IMG/VR virus record: IMGVR_UViG_3300034018_003010
DNA: 64,000 bases
DNA from: a virus
Reading direction: 5' to 3' (one strand)
Shown here: in pieces, positions 58,217 through 64,000 of the stretch
Layout of the letters: each line of letters begins with the position of its first letter
Position numbering within the stretch: the stretch's first letter is position 1
Position numbers and translations under genes: made by a program
Notes under the pieces: model-generated
Databases searched by the model: none
Told to the model about the DNA's origin: nothing
What the model saw: only the letters and a program-made list of their open reading frames with translations

Positions 58217-59095
58217 CTATTTGGCTTCATCTGGAACATCGGTCAAATCCTTATACTTTTCAAAAGCATCTGGATGGACTTCCAACACTCTTACCTTAGC
58301 TCTTTCAACAAAATCCTTTGGTTGGTTCTTCAAGAACCAATTAGCTACAGTCTCTGGATTCTTTCCAGTCTCAAAGTAAGCAATCATATAATTGTAAATC
58401 TTATCAATGATATCCAAACGATATGTGATAGGCTTGCTTCTCAAGAATCTGTGAATCCAACCCAAAGCCGTATGAAGCTTTACCTTGCCACCATTCTTGC
58501 GAACAAGTTCGTGGACATAACCTTCTTCTCCAGCAAAGCCAGAGAAGTTAGGACTAAATCCTGGCCAATGCTCCTTCTTCATCAAAAACATTGCAGTTCC
58601 ATGCATTGGAATCTCAGAAACAGGAGGCAATGGATTCTTTGTGTTCCAAATTCCAAAGAAATCACCACGCCACTTTGGGTCCATATGGGTGGCAATAACA
58701 TCCTTGTTTTCATTCAACAAAGGACCACACCACATGTCCTTGCCAATAAAATCACCATTGATTCCATTCATAATGTAATCAATTGCACCAGCCTGCAAAA
58801 TAACATGGCTGTCTAGCAATAATACATATTCGCCATCAGCATGTTCAAAAACGCTGTTCTTGGCATGTGCTGGTCCCTTTTCCTTTGGAGCATGGACATA
58901 CTTGGCTCCACTCAAAGCACAAAGATTTTCCAAAGACTCTGTCTTCTTTGGAAGATCATCAATCATCAAAAGCTGAATATCTGGACAAGTTCTCGAATTA
59001 CCAGTATGATACATTCTCAAGCAAGATGCTGTCCAAAAAGCACCCTCAATATCATCATGGCAAGCCCAACCAATAGTTAATTTATATTGCGACAT
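58217..59095 (-). CDS. glycosyltransferase family 2-like
   Basis: LLMIDD, GPAHAKN, EYVLLLDSH, PGF...FSGFAGEEGY, WIHRF; AAGGAG RBS before ATG 59095. Confidence 0.82.
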   Translation of the reverse strand: MSQYKLTIGWACHDDIEGAFWTASCLRMYHTGNSRTCPDIQLLMIDDLPKKTESLENLCALSGAKYVHAPKEKGPAHAKNSVFEHADGEYVLLLDSHVILQAGAIDYIMNGINGDFIGKDMWCGPLLNENKDVIATHMDPKWRGDFFGIWNTKNPLPPVSEIPMHGTAMFLMKKEHWPGFSPNFSGFAGEEGYVHELVRKNGGKVKLHTALGWIHRFLRSKPITYRLDIIDKIYNYMIAYFETGKNPETVANWFLKNQPKDFVERAKVRVLEVHPDAFEKYKDLTDVPDEAK

Positions 59096-59109
59096 TTTTT
59101 GCTCCTTTA

Positions 59110-59124
59110 CTATAATCATTATAG
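59110..59124. promoter_or_regulatory. palindromic back-to-back TATAAT elements in a divergent intergenic region
   Basis: CTATAAT-C-ATTATAG. Confidence 0.4.
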
Positions 59125-59153
59125 CAACAAAAATATATTTTAAGGAAATAATT

Positions 59154-59885
59154 ATGTCAAAGCCTGGTATTTCTTGTTATTGCAGCACTTTTGGAAGACC
59201 AGTAGGTTTAGTAGAAAACTCAATTCAATGCTTTTTAGATCAAGATTATGACGGACCAAAAGAATTAGTTATATTAAATGACCTAAATGTTCAAGAACTT
59301 GTTTTTGATCATCCAGAAGTAAGAATAATAAATCATCCAGAAAGAATAAAACCACTAGGCAAAAAATTTAATGATAATATATTACTTTGCAAGTATGATA
59401 TATTAGCTTGCTGGGAAGATGATGATGTTTTTCTCAAAAATAGGCTTTCTTACAGCTTCGAACATATGAAAAATGGCATTTTTCATACCCCACAAGCTTT
59501 TTTTGAACGTGGCATAAAAGACATCATATTATCTCAAAACATTTTTCATTCCACCCACATGTTCACAAGAGAGTTGTTTGATAAAGTTGGTCGATATACA
59601 GAAGCCGATCAATGTAGCATCGATGTTTCTATTATGGAAAAATTCAGAAAAGAACTTGGACACTATCAACAAGACATGGATGTAAAAGATAGATGGTATA
59701 TTTATGTTTGGGGAGGAGCTGGATCATACCACGGCTCAGGATGGGGACCTTCAAATGAAAACATTTCAGATTCAGCAGCACAAATAGTAGAAATGCAAAT
59801 TGAACAAGGCCATGTAAAAACTGGAAAAATTGTACTTGAGCCAAAATTAAGATACAATTTTTATGAGTATCTTCCAAAAGAATAA
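59154..59885 (+). CDS. glycosyltransferase family 2-like
   Basis: ISCYCSTFGR, FLDQDY.GPKELVILND, LGKKFN, ACWEDDD. Confidence 0.85.
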   Translation: MSKPGISCYCSTFGRPVGLVENSIQCFLDQDYDGPKELVILNDLNVQELVFDHPEVRIINHPERIKPLGKKFNDNILLCKYDILACWEDDDVFLKNRLSYSFEHMKNGIFHTPQAFFERGIKDIILSQNIFHSTHMFTRELFDKVGRYTEADQCSIDVSIMEKFRKELGHYQQDMDVKDRWYIYVWGGAGSYHGSGWGPSNENISDSAAQIVEMQIEQGHVKTGKIVLEPKLRYNFYEYLPKE

Positions 59886-59918
59886 CTATATTATTTTCAT
59901 CCAAAGAAAGGTAAAAAA

Positions 59919-60770
59919 ATGTTACTATCAGAAAAATATTTGGCAGAATCAGTTAACGCTAAAGGAGATCTATCAGAACACCTTTATACAATTAAGAAGT
60001 ATGCGGAAAAATGCGAACACATTACAGAACTAGGTGTTCGCTGGGTCATAAGTACTTGGGCACTGCTTGCCGGAAAGCCAAAAACACTAAATTCTTTTGA
60101 CGTAATTCATTATATTTATCACGGAGTTCCACCCAATAAAATTATTGATGCCGCAAAAGAACAAGGAACTGATTTTAATTTCTTTGAAGAAAATGTACTT
60201 TGTACTGATAAGATTGTTCCAACAGATTTGTTATTTATAGACACTTTACATAGCTACAAGCAATTAAAACTAGAACTTTACCTACATGGAAATAAAGCAA
60301 GAAAATATATAATTATTACAAATACTGTTACTTATGGAAATAGAAATGAAGGACCAGTTTTGTCAGAAAAGTTAGATGGAGAAGCCCTGCATGTATTTAA
60401 TAATCTACAAGACAAGCAAGGTGTAATGACTGCCATTAAAGAATTCGTTGAAGAAAACTCAGAATGGCGAGTCAAGGAATTCTTCAAGAACTGCAATGGT
60501 TTGTGCGTCCTAGAAAGAATCCCCGTCTCTCCAAGCGGATTGGCAGTAACAGGAACATCAATGAGCACCACTTTTACAGGAGTTGCTAACAATGCCCCCG
60601 TTGTTAATAATACCCATGTTGAACAACCCGCTCCTGTACCAGTATTTGTTACGCAACAACCAAACAATCAAAATTCTACAAACAAGCTAATAATAGCAGG
60701 ACTTGTGGGGTTTTGCTTCACCGTAACAGCAGCAGCGGTAGTAACAGCAGTTTACTTCGCAACTCGTTAA
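59919..60770 (+). CDS. methyltransferase (Methyltransf_24-like) with C-terminal linker and hydrophobic tail
   Basis: DLSEHL, ELGVR..STWA, DLLFIDTLHSY.QL..EL; ends LIIAGLVGFCFTVTAAAVVTAVYFATR. Confidence 0.75.
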   Translation: MLLSEKYLAESVNAKGDLSEHLYTIKKYAEKCEHITELGVRWVISTWALLAGKPKTLNSFDVIHYIYHGVPPNKIIDAAKEQGTDFNFFEENVLCTDKIVPTDLLFIDTLHSYKQLKLELYLHGNKARKYIIITNTVTYGNRNEGPVLSEKLDGEALHVFNNLQDKQGVMTAIKEFVEENSEWRVKEFFKNCNGLCVLERIPVSPSGLAVTGTSMSTTFTGVANNAPVVNNTHVEQPAPVPVFVTQQPNNQNSTNKLIIAGLVGFCFTVTAAAVVTAVYFATR

Positions 60771-60790
60771 TTTTAAATTAAATGCTATTT

Positions 60791-60822
60791 TAGGGGCGAG
60801 AAAATCTCGTCCCTATTTTTTT
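60791..60822 (+). terminator. rho-independent terminator
   Basis: TAGGGGCGAGA-AAA-TCTCGTCCCTA followed by a T tract, between convergent genes. Confidence 0.75.
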
Positions 60823-61498
60823 AAAATATTTTTAAAGCAGGATTTTGCTGCCTCATAACCCAAAAATTAGATTGAGTAGAATTGTAAGTCTTATTATATC
60901 TACGACAAAAATCATTCACAGCGTCTCTAACACCCGTCCAATCAATATCATGCCCAAAGAATACTCCATTCTCATTTAAAAGAGGATAATAAGATTCTAA
61001 ATCAGACATTACACTTTTGTAAGTGTGATCTCCATCAATATAAATCATATCAAATTTAACATTATGAAAAGAAAGAACGTCCGCCGCTAATGTAGAAGGC
61101 AAAGGAATAGGCGTTATATAATTTTCTAATTTTGAATGACAAACATTTGCCAAAAAATTATAATAAAATGAAGGATACCCGTTTACCGTGTTAAACTGCC
61201 TGTCCGGACTGGGATAAGTATAAAACTCAACCGAACCAAGCCATGTGTCTATACAAAAAATATGACCGTCTATATTGTATTTTTTTAAAGCATTAGCCAT
61301 ATTAATTGCAGATTGTCCCTTATATGTTCCAACTTCCGCAATTAAACTTGGCCTATTTGTTTTTATTAAATTTTCAAATACAATATCGTTTCCACCCCAC
61401 CCAAAAACTTCATATGGATAAGATGAAAAATTAAAGCCGCTGTATGTGTCTTCACGCAGCAGCTTTTTTCTTATACTTTGAATAAATTCACTTGCCAA
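60821..61498 (-). CDS. class I SAM methyltransferase (Methyltransf_24-like)
   Basis: EVGTYKGQSA, CIDTW.GS, FDMIYIDGDHTY..V..D, GVFFGHD, GVRDAV. Confidence 0.88.
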   Translation of the reverse strand: MASEFIQSIRKKLLREDTYSGFNFSSYPYEVFGWGGNDIVFENLIKTNRPSLIAEVGTYKGQSAINMANALKKYNIDGHIFCIDTWLGSVEFYTYPSPDRQFNTVNGYPSFYYNFLANVCHSKLENYITPIPLPSTLAADVLSFHNVKFDMIYIDGDHTYKSVMSDLESYYPLLNENGVFFGHDIDWTGVRDAVNDFCRRYNKTYNSTQSNFWVMRQQNPALKIF

Positions 61499-61537
61499 GA
61501 ATTAGTCTTCTTTCTTTTTATGTGGCTACTCAGGTAT

Positions 61538-63295
61538 TTACAAATTAAATATCCATTTCTTTTTGCCACAATCCCATATTCTTGCAAATCCTTTTTCCAA
61601 ACAGATTTCTCTTTCTGTATTGGCATCAGGTTCTTGTTTTTTTTGCGATTGCTTACTTAGTCTAATATTTTTTTTATTTAAATCTACATAGGAATAATCT
61701 GGTCCGCTTTCTCTTAATAATCTAAACCCGAGTTTTTCATACACGCCACCGCTGCTCCATCTATTATCACTCCATGAGCTTACTTGAGCAAAGCCTTGAG
61801 ATTTTGCCCATATACAACATCGTTTGAAAAGTCTAGATGATCCTCCTATTATTGAAATATTATCTTTAAAACATAAACGATCTAAAATTAACTCATCTAC
61901 ATTTCTGTGATGATTTCCAAAAGACATTCCTCCTATAAGTTTATTATCATAAAATAAACCATAAGAAATTATGGACAAATTATTAGATCCTTGTATGTGA
62001 TATTCATCACAAAAATATTTAAAATCAACTTTAGTAATTTCTTTAATTTCGCAATTTCTAGCAAATATCTTTAAGTCATTTTTATTCAAAATTGACTTAA
62101 TAAAATTTCTGCATTGTGTGTTTCTGTTTATCCACTCATCTTCAAAAATTGTAATAAGTCTAATCCCTTTATTTTTGCAAATTTTATATTTATCATGATG
62201 ATATCTTCTTAATCTTGGTTCTGGGGATATTTCATTATGCCAATATAAACCGCAGTATTCAAAAGCAATTTTTTTATTTTCATCATATAAATCAAGTTCT
62301 TTTCCATTGAGAATTTCATGATCAACATGAAAATTAAATCCAAATGAATTAACCCAATTTTCTATTTCGGCTTGAGTTTTGCCATAATTTTTATTTTCTT
62401 CAAGCATGCAAGCTGCTGGAACGCCATACTTTTGAATATTAGTTTTAATCATTTTGCTAATTGTTTGTTGGTTTTGGCTTGCTCTAGGATATCCATATCT
62501 TTCAATATTTGTTTTTTCTATTTTTTCAATAACATTTTGATTTGCAAATGGACACTCGTACCCATATCTTTCTAAATTTGTTTGTTTTCTTTTATTATTA
62601 ATTTCTTCATTTTGCAACGGATTAGTAACGCCATATTTTTCAATATTTGTTTGTACAATTTTTTGTTTCACATCTTCTCTCATACCAGAATATGGAACAC
62701 CATGATTTTCTAAATTTGATTCAATTATTTTTTGCTTAACTTCTTCTGATTGAGAAGCATGTTCACAACCAAATCTTTCCAGATTTGTTTGTTTCCTTTT
62801 TTCTTGTACTAATTCTGATTGCATGGCAAATTCAACGCCATGTTTCTCTAAATTGGTTTTTTTAGTTTTTTCTTTGACTTCTTCATTTTGCAATGAGCAT
62901 TCTGTTCCATATTTTTCAATACATGTTTCTTTCATTTTTTGTTGAACAGAATCTGCTTGAGATGCAAATTCGCTTCCATATCTTTCCAGATTTGTTTTTT
63001 TCATTTTTTCCAAAGTTTGTGGCATCTTTTCTTTTATTTTTACTATTTTTTTAGCAATGACATCTGGTATTTGTGAAACATGGCTAACACCATATTTTGA
63101 CATGCAACCATCTTCTTTTTTCTTTGCTTTACATTCTTTAGAACCACAACTATGTGTTGGGCTGTTTTTGCAGGCACGATTAATTACTTTTATTTCTCTT
63201 TCAAATTCTTTTCCACAATAATCACATTTCCACCAGACTTTGTGGGAAATGGGAATTTTCTCAAAAGGAATTGAAAGTCTTTCACTAATTAACAT
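61538..63295 (-). CDS. free-standing homing-endonuclease-like protein (Zn ribbon, TNLERYG repeats, PD-(D/E)XK nuclease, GNAT-like C-terminus)
   Basis: VWWKCDYCGKEF; about 9 T(N/C)(L/I)E(K/R)YG-type repeats; KELDLY...AFEYCGLYWH...IRLITIFEDEW; HIQG...GGSSRL...VYEKLGF...RIWDCG; GAGG RBS. Confidence 0.78.
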   Translation of the reverse strand: MLISERLSIPFEKIPISHKVWWKCDYCGKEFEREIKVINRACKNSPTHSCGSKECKAKKKEDGCMSKYGVSHVSQIPDVIAKKIVKIKEKMPQTLEKMKKTNLERYGSEFASQADSVQQKMKETCIEKYGTECSLQNEEVKEKTKKTNLEKHGVEFAMQSELVQEKRKQTNLERFGCEHASQSEEVKQKIIESNLENHGVPYSGMREDVKQKIVQTNIEKYGVTNPLQNEEINNKRKQTNLERYGYECPFANQNVIEKIEKTNIERYGYPRASQNQQTISKMIKTNIQKYGVPAACMLEENKNYGKTQAEIENWVNSFGFNFHVDHEILNGKELDLYDENKKIAFEYCGLYWHNEISPEPRLRRYHHDKYKICKNKGIRLITIFEDEWINRNTQCRNFIKSILNKNDLKIFARNCEIKEITKVDFKYFCDEYHIQGSNNLSIISYGLFYDNKLIGGMSFGNHHRNVDELILDRLCFKDNISIIGGSSRLFKRCCIWAKSQGFAQVSSWSDNRWSSGGVYEKLGFRLLRESGPDYSYVDLNKKNIRLSKQSQKKQEPDANTEREICLEKGFARIWDCGKKKWIFNL

Positions 63296-63379
63296 TTGTT
63301 ATGGCCTCACAAAATAAATAAAAATTATTTTAACATTTTGTTTATTTTTTTCAAGGATAAATGGAAAAATTAAAAATTT

Positions 63380-64000
63380 TTAATCGAGACTTGGACCGAA
63401 AACATCACCAAATCTGTTAACTAAATCTTCTAGCCATTTGGCTCTATCTTCTCTTCCTTCTTGTAAAAGAGTATCTCCGTCAAGCTGAACCCCTCCATTA
63501 GGACCCGGAGGATTTTTAATTTTACTTCTAATTCTACCAAGCATTATTTTGGCATGCGCCAATGCTCCATCTTGCATAACTTGTTGAACTCTTCCCCAAT
63601 CATAATTCTTTTGCAAATAGTGTACAACTACTCTATGTGCTCTATAAGGTATAGGATAAATTTTTACATTTTGGTATCCTCCATAAAACTCCCACCCGCC
63701 TATATTACTAGCCATGCGTGAATAAGTTTGTTCATATCCTTTATATAATTGCCACTCACCAGCTCTTCCCCATATTGGTTGCACAGGATCAATTAAACCG
63801 CCTTGAATAGATGCATATGCCCCGCCGGGATAAAAGTATTCTGTTGGTATTGCACCACCTAAATCACTAGATTGAAATGAGAATGTTCCTGTTTCTTTAT
63901 AATAAACATTTCTAATATATCCAATATCAGGAGGCATTGTATAAATTGATTGTCCTGGTATTGTATTAAACACATAGTATTGAAAATATTCTCTTGGAGC
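63380..64000 (-). CDS. neck / head-completion protein, T4 gp13-like (5' end outside window)
   Basis: C-terminal ALAHAKIMLGRIRSK....PGPNGGVQLDGDTLLQEG. Frame is open to base 64000 (APREYFQYYVFNT...). Confidence 0.75.
   Translation of the reverse strand, partial: APREYFQYYVFNTIPGQSIYTMPPDIGYIRNVYYKETGTFSFQSSDLGGAIPTEYFYPGGAYASIQGGLIDPVQPIWGRAGEWQLYKGYEQTYSRMASNIGGWEFYGGYQNVKIYPIPYRAHRVVVHYLQKNYDWGRVQQVMQDGALAHAKIMLGRIRSKIKNPPGPNGGVQLDGDTLLQEGREDRAKWLEDLVNRFGDVFGPSLD

Noticed and set aside
58274-58816. 180-aa plus-strand ORF opposite the GT2 gene
   Set aside because: No recognisable motif, lies just after a strong terminator, and is fully nested in a well-supported minus-strand gene.
1-64000. 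Stop-codon reassignment (code 15 or 4)
   Set aside because: Very long ORFs and dense packing under code 11; TAG (2551, 29108, 58217) and TGA both end genes at sensible positions.
1-64000. tRNA, rRNA or other structured RNA genes
   Set aside because: Intergenic gaps are mostly under 110 bp and are explained by terminators or promoters; no cloverleaf or rRNA motifs seen by eye.

Overview
AT-rich, densely coding 64-kb fragment of a large tailed dsDNA phage, probably a T4-like or jumbo myovirus. The evidence is a gp13-like neck gene running off the right end, TAAATA late-promoter motifs, tail-fibre genes and a free-standing homing-endonuclease-like gene. Genetic code 11 fits. Two blocks of very large, repetitive virion-surface genes alternate with three clusters of sugar- and protein-modifying enzymes. 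Block one (9.4-29.1 kb) holds Ser-Gly-repeat fibres, LamG lectins and Gly-rich adhesin domains. Block two (33.6-58.2 kb) holds RCC1-propeller, Ig-like and poly-Thr mucin-like proteins, four of which share an unassigned N-terminal YPQI(T/S)F module. The enzyme clusters (0.3-9.4, 29.2-33.5 and 58.2-61.5 kb) contain about 10 glycosyltransferases, two nucleotide-sugar epimerases, a sulfotransferase and several methyltransferases. The main hypothesis, which is inference, is a phage-encoded system that builds a glycosylated, methylated and sulfated virion coat, possibly including protein O-heptosylation by TPR-GT9-like enzymes supplied by an HldD-like epimerase. Other notable details are a cupredoxin-like domain whose paralog has lost its His/Cys/His ligands, a gene split inside an RCC1 repeat, and apparently leaderless late genes. 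All family calls come from motif recognition by eye; no database searches were run.
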